Shown here in pieces: positions 1 to 13,700 of a DNA stretch of 64,000 bases (the stretch's first letter is position 1; every line of letters starts with the position of its first letter). The stretch covers positions 62,001 to 126,000 of the forward strand of contig NIVC01002040.1 of the NCBI GenBank assembly GCA_002269645.1, given 5' to 3'. The notes below the pieces were generated by a model that made no database searches, had not been told where the DNA came from, and saw only the letters and a program-made list of their open reading frames with translations. The position numbers and the translations under genes are program-made. The stretch comes from Macrostomum lignano. Lineage: Eukaryota.

Positions 1-775
1 TGTTCCTTAAGTGCCTAAATTTGACGCTTTTTTCTAAGAATGGAAATTTACTGTTTTTTAGTAGCCACACTTTCATGCAAGCTTCATTTATTAATTTAAC
101 AATATAGCTTTTAATTTGCTGCTAATCGCGTATCGCCGTAATTAATTGGTTAATCCGTTTTAATATAACTAGAGCCCTTTTAATTGCAGGTTGAATTTAC
201 TTTGCATTATATTACTACTATACTACTATTCAGTAGCATTTAGAATTTTCACAGTGGTTAGTTTTGTGGTTTTTTGCTGTTTGTTTTCTCCTAGTTTCTT
301 GCTTTAGTTTGTGGCCGCTCACCAATTAATTTAATTGCCTGCTCTGTACAATATGATGATCAGTACAGCCGGGTCCTACTTGTGAATGTCTGATTCCACT
401 CTTGGCGCTTTGCATTGCATGCGTTCAATTTATTTATTTATTTATTCGTGTCAGTAAGCTTTTTACAATATTTATTTATTTGCATTAATTTTTGCAGCGT
501 CAGTGGCCCCCACCCGAGCACCTGTCTTCGTTGCGCCCTCGATTTTTTTAATTCTGTGATAATTTATTTTTCTGTTACTAATTTTTCTCTCTGAACCGCT
601 ATGATTTGATAAGCATAGCGCATACGCAAACTCTGGTAGTTGCTGTCTGTTATTGAAATTGCTTTTTTGGGGGCTGCATAATTTAATAACTCCTTGAGGA
701 TAAATACTTTTGTACACACATTTTAGAACGCACTGAGTTTATCACTTTTTATTTTCTAGACTTCTTATCTCCCCA

Positions 776-1575
776 GTGAACACTCGCCTCTCGGCAGCCT
801 TGCCCATCAAACAAAATACACTCGCCTCTCAACCAAACCTTACCCCTCTTACCCCCAATGTACACTCGCCTCTCTCAACCAAACCTTACCCCTCTTACCC
901 CCCAATGTACACTCGCCTCTCTCAACCAAACCTTACCCCTCTTACCCCCCAATGTACACTCGCCTCTCTCAACCAAACCTTACCCCTCTTACCCCCCAAT
1001 GTACACTCGCCTTTCTCAACCAAACCCCTACCCCTCTTACCCCCCCACAAAGTACACTCGCCTCTCTCAACCAAACCTTACCCCTCTTACCCCCCCCCCC
1101 ACAAAGTACACTCGCCGCTCTCAACCAAACCCCTACCCCTCTTTCCCCCCACAAAGTACACTCGCCTCTCTCAACCAAACCTTACCCCTCTTACCCCCCC
1201 CCCACAAAGTACACTCGCCGCTCTCAACCAAACCCCTACCCCTCTTACCCCCCACAAAGTACACTCACCGCTCTCGACCAAACCCTCTTACCCCCCCCCA
1301 CAAAGTACACTCGCCTCTCTCAACCAAACCCCTACCCCTCTTACCCCCCCCACAAAGTACACTCGCCGCTCTCAACCAAACCCCTACCCCTCTTACCCCC
1401 CCCCCCACAAAGTACACTCGCCGCTCTCAACCAAACCCCTACCCTCTTACCCCCCCACAAAGTACACTCACCGCTCTCAACCAAACCCCTACCCCTCTAC
1501 CTCTCCCCTACCCCTTCATTACCCCTTCACCCCTCAATGTACACCCGCCTCTCCCAACCAACACCCTTACCCAAC
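776..1575. repeat. C-rich minisatellite, ~47-bp unit (AATGTACACTCGCCTCTCTCAACCAAACCTTACCCCTCTTACCCCCC)
   Basis: Direct reading; AATG recurs at 857, 904, 951; C-run length varies. Confidence 0.95.
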
Positions 1576-2829
1576 CACCCCCATGGCACGTTTAGAAAAA
1601 CTTTACAGACAGTTCACTACTTTAAAAGTATATTTATTACCTACACGAGTTGATTTGTGCATTTTCGTGCAGTGCGCAGGGCGTTTTTTAAATATGTGCC
1701 GAAATTTGATTGTCGATTTTGTTAATTATGTACCTACGAAGTTGCTGTGCTTTTTCTTAGAAAAAAAGAAAACTTTGCATCTTAATTTAATCCTGCATTT
1801 TCCTTCGCTTTCCCTCTTGTTTTATTTGTAACAATCCTATTTTGACAGTAGCGGATTTTCTAACTAACTATCTTCTTGCATTGTTAAGTTTGTTCAAAGC
1901 ATTATAACAAAAAAGTGATTGATTTTTTGGTCCCTTTTCAATCGATTGTAAATTTTTATTAGAAAGCTGCCTTTATCGGTCTATTTACGAGCTAATTTGA
2001 AACATTTATTCGATAAAAAATCTACTGCTTTGCGCGCATGTTACTACTATAAGCGGCCGATTTTATCTGTTATTTACAAAGGGGGCATTTAAATTGCGAT
2101 GTATAATGATTGTTAATTGCAGATTGATGAGTAGCTGCTTTAACTGGCTCACTGATTCATTGGCCCTCGTCTGCCTGCTCTATTTTTGCCGTGTGTTTAG
2201 CTTCTTTTAGCTTGTTTTTAAGATGAAAAAAAAGCAAAATAAAAATATATTTAGCCCCCCTTTCGCATTGTGTTACAATAGTGAATTTTGTGTATTATAT
2301 TAACAGCCACTAGACCCATCTCCCCCAATGCCCGCCTACGCCACTAACCCACCATTCAGTTAAGGTGAATTTTGCATTTTAAAAAATCTCTTTTACGTTA
2401 ATTGATCATGATGATAAAATAAGTTATTTTAGTTTTTAAATGTCTGAGAAGTAAAAAGTGCAGAAAAAGCATTACTTATTACTAACTAAATATTAGCTAT
2501 GTGTCGCATTTTTCCTCCATTATTAAAACTTTTGTTTTTGTGCACCCTAAACGAAAAACCTCCTTAGTATTGCACTGAATTCACTACTGATATAAGTAGG
2601 CTGTTTGCGGTTTTTTATTAAATTAAATCCTGAAACTATACTGGAATTCTCGTTTTGTCATGTAATGCTATTTAATAATATAATAATACTTAGGGCTTTT
2701 CATTTTAGCACAAAGCCCATCTGCCCCACGCGTCATTAAATTATTGTAGATTTCTTCGAATTTTAACGGTGTTACTTATTTTGTTGACTGCATTCACGTA
2801 GAAGTGTATTAGGTAGTGTTTAGATCAGC

Positions 2830-3045
2830 AAGGGGTGAGAAGGGTAAGATTCTCAAATTCTCTGGCATCCAGGGGTGAGATTCTCACATTCTCTAGCATG
2901 GGTGAGATTTTCACATTCTTAGCTGGCATCAAGGGGTGAGATTTTCAAATTCTCATCTCAAGCATCAATGGGTGAGATTCTCGCATTCTCAGTCACCCAT
3001 GGTCTGAGATTCTCACATTCTCAGGCATCAGGGGTTGAGATTCTA
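2830..3045. repeat. Degenerate tandem repeat with GGTGAGATT(C/T)TC core
   Basis: About 7 imperfect copies of ggtgagattctcacattctc... Confidence 0.75.
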
Positions 3046-3461
3046 AAATAATTCCTTTATAAGTACGAATTTCGATTAAACAAAATTAATTGACTCGTAT
3101 TCATGTATCATACAAGTTTATAAAGTGCATCGCGACCTTAAAACGAGTACAAAGAATCAAACAAAGAAATCATTTGTTGCAGTGTTTATTCGCTTGCTAG
3201 TGAGCAAAATAGAATATGTTATCGCTATCTGTAGTAGCCATATGAAATTTTAAAGCAAAATACTCAAAGTCATAAATGGACTGTTTTTATATTCTTTGCA
3301 CTGTGTAGCATAAAAATCATAGTACAGGACGTACTGTGAAAATGGAGATTCGTCAATGTGCAACAGTAATTGCATGCATGGCATTGAAAGCCAATTAATG
3401 TCAAATCTTAGTTTGTGGTTCTGTTTCTGTCTGTCTTAGTGTCTGTCTTAGTGTCTCTTAG

Positions 3462-3902
<441 letters not shown>

Positions 3903-4404
3903 TTAACTAGCAGAAAATCGTACAAGTACAACACAAGTACAACAATTAATTTGCGCATACTACATGCACGAAAATTATATGGTCAACAGAAAAGCTACTT
4001 GGTTGTACATTTTTCATTAAAAGACAAATAACCAAAGAGTTTTGATGCGAAATTGCCAGAACACAGATATACAGCAGGAAAGTCAGTGCCTCGGGATGAG
4101 GAATAACCGGTTAAAAACGCGTTCCCACACTTGGGTGACTTGCGGGTGTCAGCAGGAACTGGATACACTGATGCCCTAGTTACATGTAAGTACACATGAC
4201 CATCATTGCGACTCATTCCTGATTACATTTACAATATTCTACCTATACTCGTACTTAAGTAGCTGTCAGTAGTGCGTAACGAAATTGCATCCCTAAACAT
4301 CGATATTCATTGAAAGTAAACCACGTGCAATATTAGTCAGGTACCATGTATCTGCATAAGTATCGAGGGGAGGGGCTTCGGGGTGGCAGCAGATTGATGC
4401 CTAA

Positions 4405-4721
4405 TTAGCATAATTTATGCCAATACGCTAGCGCAGTCCGCGGCCTATTCTGCATCTCTGTCCAGTGCACCTTGCCGCTGCCGTAGCAGCTGCTAGAGAA
4501 GACAACGTAGCCCAGGCAGTTGTCAAGGTCCGGCCTGATTCGCTTCCTCAGGTGACAGTTCATCAGGGACACGATCAGGGTCACTCGGCCTAGGCTGTGT
4601 CTGGGCACGCTAACTGTCACTGACTCGTTGAATACTGGTCTTGAACTTTCCTCAAACAGTCTGGTTCGCTTCTTGAATGCTGCCGATCCATTTGCCAGTA
4701 GGACTACTTGTAAGTAGGGAG
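4405..4721 (-). CDS. Synaptotagmin-like exon 5 (C2B C-terminal part, stop)
   Basis: Acceptor cgcacgcag|CT CCC TAC; encodes (A)PYLQVVLLANGSAAFKKRTRLFEESSRPVFNESVTV...GKVHWTEMQNRPRTALAYWHKLC*. Confidence 0.88.
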
Positions 4722-7700
4722 CTGCGTGCGGTGATTTCGATGGTTAGCTGGGAGTCAGTATAATGCATTTATGAGCTGTGGCGTAGGGGTGGCTGCCCCA
4801 CCCCCCAAAAAAATAAATTGCTCTACTCCCGAAACTTAACCTAAGATTTTAAGTTGACACCAGGACAGGGACGCCAAACAGGACACAGGGGCGCCCAACC
4901 AGGACACAGGGGCGCCAACTGAGAAACAGGGGCACCCACCAAGACAGGGGCGCCAACCAAGACACAGGGGCACCAGCCAAGACACAGAGGCAGCAACCAA
5001 GACACAGAGGCAGCAACCAAGACACAGAGGCAGCAACCAAGACACAGAGGCAGCAACCAAGACACAGGGGCACCCAACCAAGACACAGGGGCACCCAACC
5101 AAGACACAGAGGCACCCAACCAAGACACAGAGGCAGCAACCAAGACACAGAGGCAGCAACCAAGACACAGGGGCGCCCAACCAAGACACAGAGGCAGCAA
5201 CCAAGACACAGGGGCGCCCAACCAAGACACAGGCACCCAACCAAGACACAGAGGCACCCAACCAAGACACAGAGGCACCAACCAAGACACAGGGGCGCCC
5301 AACCAAGACACAGAGGCACCCAACCAAGACACAGAGGCACCCAACCAAGACACAGAGGCACCAACCAAGACACAGGGGCGCCCAACCAAGACACAGAGGC
5401 ACCCAACCAAGACACAGAGGCACCATGAAACCAAGACACAGGGGCACCCAACCAAGACACAGAGGCACCATGCAACCAAGACACAGGGGCACCCAACCAA
5501 GACACAGGGGCACCCAACCAAGACACAGGGGCACCCAACCAAGACACAGGGACGCCCAACCAAGACACAGGGGCGCCCAACCAAGACACAGGGGCGCCCA
5601 ACCAAGACACAGAGGCACCATGCAGCCAAGACACAGGGGCGCCCAACCAAGACACAGAGGCACCATGCAACCAAGACACAGGGGCACCCAACCAAGACAC
5701 AGGGGCGCCCAACCAAGACACAGGGACGCCCAACCAAGACACAGGGGCACCCAACCAAGACACAGGGGCACCCAACCAAGACACAGAGGCACCATGCAAC
5801 CAAGACACAGGGGCACCCAACCAAGACACAGGGGCACCCAACCAAGACACAGAGGCACCATGCAACCAAGACACAGGGGCACCCAACCAAGACACAGGGG
5901 CACCCAACCAAGACACAGGGGCACCCAACCAAGACACAGGGGCGCCCAACCAAGACACAGAGGCACCATGCAGCCAAGACACAGGGGCGCCCAACCAAGA
6001 CACAGAGGCACCATGCAACCAAGACACAGGGGCACCCAACCAAGACACAGGGGCGCCCAACCAAGACACAGAGGCACCCAACCAAGACACAGGGGCGCCC
6101 AACCAAGACACAGAGGCACCCAACCAAGACACAGGGGCACCCAACCAAGACACAGGGGCACCCAACCAAGACACAGGGACGCCCAACCAAGACACAGGGG
6201 CGCCCAACCAAGACACAGGGGCGCCCAACCAAGACACAGAGGCACCATGCAGCCAAGACACAGGGGCGCCCAACCAAGACACAGAGGCACCATGCAACCA
6301 AGACACAGGGGCACCCAACCAAGACACAGGGGCGCCCAACCAAGACACAGGGACGCCCAACCAAGACACAGGGGCACCCAACCAAGACACAGGGGCACCC
6401 AACCAAGACACAGAGGCACCATGCAACCAAGACACAGGGGCACCCAACCAAGACACAGGGACGCCCAACCAAGACACAGGGGCGCCCAACCAAGACAGAG
6501 GCACCATGCAACCAAGACACAGGGGCACCCAACCAAGACACAGAGGCACCCAACCAAGACACAGGGGCACCCAACGAAGACACAGGGGCGCCCAACCAAG
6601 ACACAGGGGCGCCCAACCAAGACACAGAGGCACCATGCAGCCAAGACACAGAGGCACCATGCAACCAAGACACAGAGGCGCCCAACCAAGACACAGAGGC
6701 ACCATGCAGCCAAGACACAGAGGCACCCAACCAAGACACAGGGGCACCATGCAGCCAAAACACAGGGGCGCCCAACCAAGACAGAGGCACCATGCAACCA
6801 AGACACAGAGGCACCATGCAACCAAGACACAGAGGCGCCCAACCAAGACACAGAGGCACCATGCAGCCAAGACACAGAGGCACCCAACCAAGACACAGGG
6901 GCACCCAACCAAGACACAGGGGCACCCAACCAAGACACAGGGGCACCCAACCAAGACACAGAGGCACCCAACCAAGACACAGGGGCACCCAACCAAGACA
7001 CAGGGGCGCCCAACCAAGACACAGGGGCACCCAACCAAGACACAGAGGCACCATGCAACCAAGACACAGGGGCACCCAACCAAGACACAGGGGCACCATG
7101 CAGCCAAGACACAGGGGCGCCCAACCAAGACAGAGGCACCATGCAACCAAGACACAGGGGCACCCAACCAAGACACAGAGGCACCATGCAGCCAAGACAC
7201 AGGGGCGCCCAACCAAGACAGAGGCACCATGCAACCAAGACACAGGGGCACCCAACCAAGACACAGAGGCACCCAACCAAGACACAGGGGCACCCAACCA
7301 AGACACAGGGGCGCCCAACCAAGACACAGGGGCGCCCAACCAAGACACAGAGGCACCATGCAGCCAAGACACAGAGGCACCATGCAACCAAGACACAGAG
7401 GCGCCCAACCAAGACACAGAGGCACCATGCAGCCAAGACACAGAGGCACCCAACCAAGACACAGGGGCACCCAACCAAGACACAGGGGCACCCAACCAAG
7501 ACACAGGGGCACCCAACCAAGACACAGGGGCACCCAACCAAGACACAGGGGCACCCAACCAAGACACAGAGGCACCCAACCAAGACACAGAGGCACCCAA
7601 CCAAGACACAGGGGCACCCAACCAAGACACAGGGACGCCCAACCAAGACACAGGGGCGCCCAACCAAGACACAGGGGCGCCCAACCAAGACACAGAGGCA

Positions 7701-10700
7701 CCATGCAGCCAAGACACAGGGGCGCCCAACCAAGACAGAGGCACCATGCAACCAAGACACAGGGGCACCCAACCAAGACACAGAGGCACCCAACCAAGAC
7801 ACAGGGGCACCCAACGAAGACACAGGGGCGCCCAACCAAGACACAGGGGCGCCCAACCAAGACACAGAGGCACCATGCAGCCAAGACACAGAGGCACCAT
7901 GCAACCAAGACACAGAGGCGCCCAACCAAGACACAGAGGCACCATGCAGCCAAGACACAGAGGCACCCAACCAAGACACAGGGGCACCCAACCAAGACAC
8001 AGGGGCACCCAACCAAGACACAGGGGCACCCAACCAAGACACAGGGGCACCCAACCAAGACACAGGGGCACCCAACCAAGACACAGGGGCACCCAACCAA
8101 GACACAGGGGCGCCCAACCAAGACACAGGGGCGCCCAACCAAGACACAGAGGCACCCAACCAAGACACAGGGGCACCCAACCAAGACACAGGGACGCCCA
8201 ACCAAGACACAGGGACGCCCAACCAAGACACAGGGGCGCCCAACCAAGACACAGAGGCACCATGCAGCCAAGACACAGGGGCGCCCAACCAAGACAGAGG
8301 CACCATGCAACCAAGACACAGGGGCACCCAACCAAGACACAGAGGCACCCAACCAAGACACAGGGGCACCAGCCAAGACACAGAGGCACCAACCAAGACA
8401 CAGAGGCACCCAACCAAGACACAGAGGCACCCAGCCAAGACACAGAGGCACCAACCAAGACACAGGGGCACCCAACCAAGACACAGAGGCACCAACCAAG
8501 ACACAGAGGCACCCAACCAAGACACAGAGGCACCCAACCAAGACACAGGGGCGCCCAACCAAGACACAGAGGCACCCAACCAAGACACAGGGGCACCCAA
8601 CCAAGACACAGGGGCGCCCAACCAAGACACAGGGGCACCCAACCAAGACACAGAGGCACCATGCAACCAAGACACAGGGGCACCCAACCAAGACACAGGG
8701 GCACCATGCAGCCAAGACACAGGGGCGCCCAACCAAGACACAGAGGCACCATGCAACCAAGACACAGGGGCACCCAACCAAGACACAGGGGCACCATGCA
8801 GCCAAGACACAGGGGCGCCCAACCAAGACAGAGGCACCATGCAACCAAGACACAGGGGCACCCAACCAAGACACAGAGGCACCCAACCAAGACACAGGGG
8901 CACCCAACCAAGACACAGGGACGCCCAACCAAGACACAGGGGCGCCCAACCAAGACACAGAGGCACCATGCAGCCAAGACACAGAGGCACCATGCAACCA
9001 AGACACAGAGGCGCCCAACCAAGACACAGAGGCACCATGCAGCCAAGACACAGAGGCACCCAACCAAGACACAGGGGCACCCAACCAAGACACAGGGGCA
9101 CCCAACCAAGACACAGGGGCACCCAACCAAGACACAGGGGCACCCAACCAAGACACAGGGGCACCCAACCAAGACACAGGGGCACCCAACCAAGACACAG
9201 AGGCACCCAACCAAGACACAGGGGCACCCAACCAAGACACAGGGACGCCCAACCAAGACACAGGGGCGCCCAACCAAGACACAGGGGCGCCCAACCAAGA
9301 CACAGAGGCACCATGCAGCCAAGACACAGGGGCGCCCAACCAAGACAGAGGCACCATGCAACCAAGACACAGGGGCACCCAACCAAGACACAGAGGCACC
9401 CAACCAAGACACAGGGGCACCCAACGAAGACACAGGGGCGCCCAACCAAGACACAGGGGCGCCCAACCAAGACACAGAGGCACCATGCAGCCAAGACACA
9501 GAGGCACCATGCAACCAAGACACAGAGGCGCCCAACCAAGACACAGAGGCACCATGCAGCCAAGACACAGAGGCACCCAACCAAGACACAGGGGCACCCA
9601 ACCAAGACACAGGGGCACCCAACCAAGACACAGGGGCACCCAACCAAGACACAGGGGCACCCAACCAAGACACAGGGGCACCCAACCAAGACACAGGGGC
9701 ACCCAACCAAGACACAGGGGCGCCCAACCAAGACACAGGGGCGCCCAACCAAGACACAGAGGCACCCAACCAAGACACAGGGGCACCCAACCAAGACACA
9801 GGGACGCCCAACCAAGACACAGGGGCGCCCAACCAAGACACAGGGGCGCCCAACCAAGACACAGAGGCACCATGCAGCCAAGACACAGGGGCGCCCAACC
9901 AAGACAGAGGCACCATGCAACCAAGACACAGGGGCACCCAACCAAGACACAGAGGCACCCAACCAAGACACAGGGGCACCAGCCAAGACACAGAGGCACC
10001 AACCAAGACACAGAGGCACCCAACCAAGACACAGAGGCACCCAGCCAAGACACAGAGGCACCAACCAAGACACAGGGGCACCCAACCAAGACACAGAGGC
10101 ACCAACCAAGACACAGAGGCACCCAACCAAGACACAGAGGCACCAACCAAGACACAGGGGCGCCCAACCAAGACACAGAGGCACCCAACCAAGACACAGA
10201 GGTACCCAACCAAGACACAGAGGCACCCAACCAAGACACAGAGGCACCAACCAAGACACAGGGGCGCCCAACCAAGACACAGAGGCACCCAACCAAGACA
10301 CAGGGGCGCCCAACCAAGACACAGAGGCACCCAACCAAGACACAGGGGCACCAGCCAAGACACAGAGGCACCAACCAAGACACAGAGGCACCCAACCAAG
10401 ACACAGGGGCACCCAGCCAAGACACAGAGGCACCAACCAAGACACAGGGGCACCCAACCAAGACACAGGGGCACCCAACCAAGACACAGAGGCACCAACC
10501 AAGACACAGAGGCACCCAACCAAGACACAGAGGCACCCAACCAAGACACAGAGGCACCAGCCAAGACACAGGGGCACCAGCCAAGACACAGAGGCACCAG
10601 CCAAGACACAGAGGCACCCAACCAAGACATAGGGGCACCCAACCAAGACACAGGGGCCACCCACCAAGATCACTGATTCGTTTCGATGGCGTCAGTGTTT

Positions 10701-13700
10701 TCATGTGTTTAGCACTTCGAGAAGACTTTCAACAAAGATTCATTCGAAGGTCAATTAGTGCTCAATGAAGAATGTAACAAACTCGTAGCGTCGCTTAAAT
10801 AAAGAACATTAACCTCTTTTAATATTGCAACAAAAGCCGAGTGAAGACTTTAGTACGGCTATGTGTTTAAACTGCGGGACAAATGTTTACCACCTCTCTG
10901 CGTCATCAAGCTGGACTCATACTTCAACATCGCATATTGCTCGTATATACATGTACTCGTATATAATGCCAAAGTAGGCAAACACGAGCTCTCGATATTC
11001 TCTTTATGATGGACAATATTATCTTGAGCAAACTTTGTGCAGACCAAATGAGAAGAGAACAGTACAGAATATAGCTTCACTGATGAGTAATAAGATTTCT
11101 ATTCAGAGGAGCTGAGTAATTAGTATGCGATTATAGCGCTCACCTGGAATTCTTCGCTCTTGTGTTAGGACATTGTTTGCTTTTAGGAGCATTACAATAA
11201 GGCGCTCCGCTGTGGGCATGTAGTGCAGGGCGATGAGGATCTCACCTTTCTCAGTCTGAAACGGAATGGGGAGAATTCAGTTTAGCTGGTTTTTAGATTC
11301 TGAGGGATTCTGAAGGATTCTGAAGGATTCTGATGAATTCTGAAGGATTCTGAGGCTTCTGAAGGATTCTGAGGGATTCTGAGGGATTCTGAGGGATTCT
11401 GAGGGATTCTGAGGGATTCTGAGGGATTCTGAGGGATTCTGAGGGATTCTGAGGGATTCTGAGGGATTCTGAAGGATTATGAGAGATTCTGAGGGATTCT
11501 GAAGGATTATAAGGGATTCTGAGGGATTCTAAGGGATTCTGAGGGATTCTGAGGGATTTTGAGGGATTCTGAGAGATTCTGAATTCTGAGGGATTCTAAG
11601 GGATTCTGAGGGATTCTGAGGGATTCTGAGGGATTATGAGGGATTCTGAAGGATTATAAGGGATTCTAAGGGATTCTGAGGGATTCTGAAGGATTATGAG
11701 GGATTCTGAGGGATTCTGAAGGATTATAAGGGATTCTGAGGAATTATGAGGGATTCTGAGGGATTCTGATAGATTCTAGATTCTGAGGAATTCTGAGGGA
11801 TTCTGAGGGATTCTGAGGGATTCTGAGGGATTCTGAGGGATTCTGAGGGATTCTGAGGGATTCTGAGAGATTCTGAGGGATTCTGAGGGATTCTGAGGGA
11901 CTCTGAGAGACGAGTTTCGATCAGGGCTAAGGTTTGGTGTTAGGGTTTAAGGCTCAGGGCTTAGGGTTTACGGTTCAGGACTAAATAAATTATCTATCAA
12001 TGATCTTATAAAGATTTATGATTAGTATTTTCTGTGTTGCGAGGGGGGATGGGGTAAAGTCGGTGCAGAGATGCAGGTGTGGCAGGGATTCATGTGTGGC
12101 AGCGGCAGGGATACAGGTGTGGCAGGGATACAGGTGTGGCAGGGATACAGGTGTGGCAGGGATACAGGTGTGGCAGGGATACAGGTGTGGCAGGGATACA
12201 GGTGTGGCAGGGATACAGGTGTGGCAGGGATACAGGTGTGGCAGGGATACAGATGTGGCAGGGATACAGGTGTGGCAGGGATTCATGTGTGGCAGCGGCA
12301 GGGATACAGGTGTGGCAGGGATACAGGTGTGGCAGGGATACAGGTGTGGCAGGGATACAGGTGTGGCAGGGATACAGGTGTGGCAGGGATACAGGTGTGG
12401 CAGGGATACAGGTGTGGCAGGGATACAGGTGTGGCAGGGATACAGGTGTGGCAGGGATACAGATGTGGCAGAATACAGGTGTGGCAGGGATTCATGTGTG
12501 GCAGCGGCAGGGATACAGGTGTGGCAGGGATACAGGTGTGGCAGGGATACAGGTGTGGCAGGGATACAGGTGTGACAGGGGTACAGGTGTGGCAGGGATA
12601 CAGATGTGGCAGGGATACAGGTGTGGCAGGGATACAGGTGTGGCAGGGATACAGGTGTGACAGGGGTACAGGTGTGGCAGGGATACAGGTGTGGCAGGGA
12701 TACAGGTGTGGCAGGGATACAGGTGTGGCAGGGATACGGATGTGGCAGGGATGCAGGTGTGGCAGGGATGCAGGTGTGGCAGGGATACAGGTGTGGCAGG
12801 GATACAGGTGTGGCAGGGATACAGTTGTGGCAGGGATACAGGTGTGGCAGGGATAGAGGTGTGGCAGGGATACAGGTGTGACAGGGATACAGGTGTGACA
12901 GGGATACAGGTGTGACAGGGGTACAGGTGTGACAGGGATACAGGTGTGACAGGGATACAGGTGTGACAGGGATACAGGTGTGACAGGGATACAGGTGTGA
13001 CAGGGATACAGGTGTGACAGGGATACAGGTGTGACAGGGATACAGGTGTGACAGGGATACAGGTGTGACAGGGGTACAGGTGTGGCAGGGGTACAGATGT
13101 GACAGGGATACAGGTGTGGCAGGGATACAGGTGTGGCAGGGATACAGATGTGGCAGGGATGCAGGTGTGGCAGGGATACAGGTGTGGCAGGGATACAGGT
13201 GTGGCAGGGATACAGTTGTGGCAGGGATACAGGTGTGGCAGGGATACAGGTGTGGCAGGGATACAGGTGTGGCAGGGATACAGGTGTGGCAGGGATACAG
13301 GTGTGGCAGGGATACAGGTGTGACAGGGATACAGTTGTGGCAGGGATACAGGTGTGGCAGGGATACAGGTGTGGCAGGGATACAGGTGTGACAGGGATAC
13401 AGGTGTGGCAGGGATACAGGCGTGACAGGGATACAGGTGTGACAGGGATACAGGTGTGGCAGGGATACAGGTGTGACAGGGATACAGGTGTGACAGGGAT
13501 ACAGGTGTGGCAGGGATACAGGTGTGACAGGGATACAGGTGTGGCAGGGATACAGGTGTGGCAGGGATACAGGTGTGGCAGGGATACAGGTGTGACAGGG
13601 ATACAGGTGTGACAGGGATACAGGTGTGGCAGGGATACAGTTGTGGCAGGGATACAGGTGTGGCAGGGATACAGGTGTGGCAGGGATACAGGTGTGGCAG

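Noticed and set aside
4836-10768. Six giant ORFs (1294-1951 aa) on both strands
   Set aside because: They are translations of a 20-bp minisatellite that lacks stop triplets; all frames are open, and the region is an intron of the synaptotagmin-like gene.
11075-11100. CTGATGAG hammerhead-like core (also ~32302, ~19673)
   Set aside because: No flanking stem II or downstream GAAA in the required geometry.
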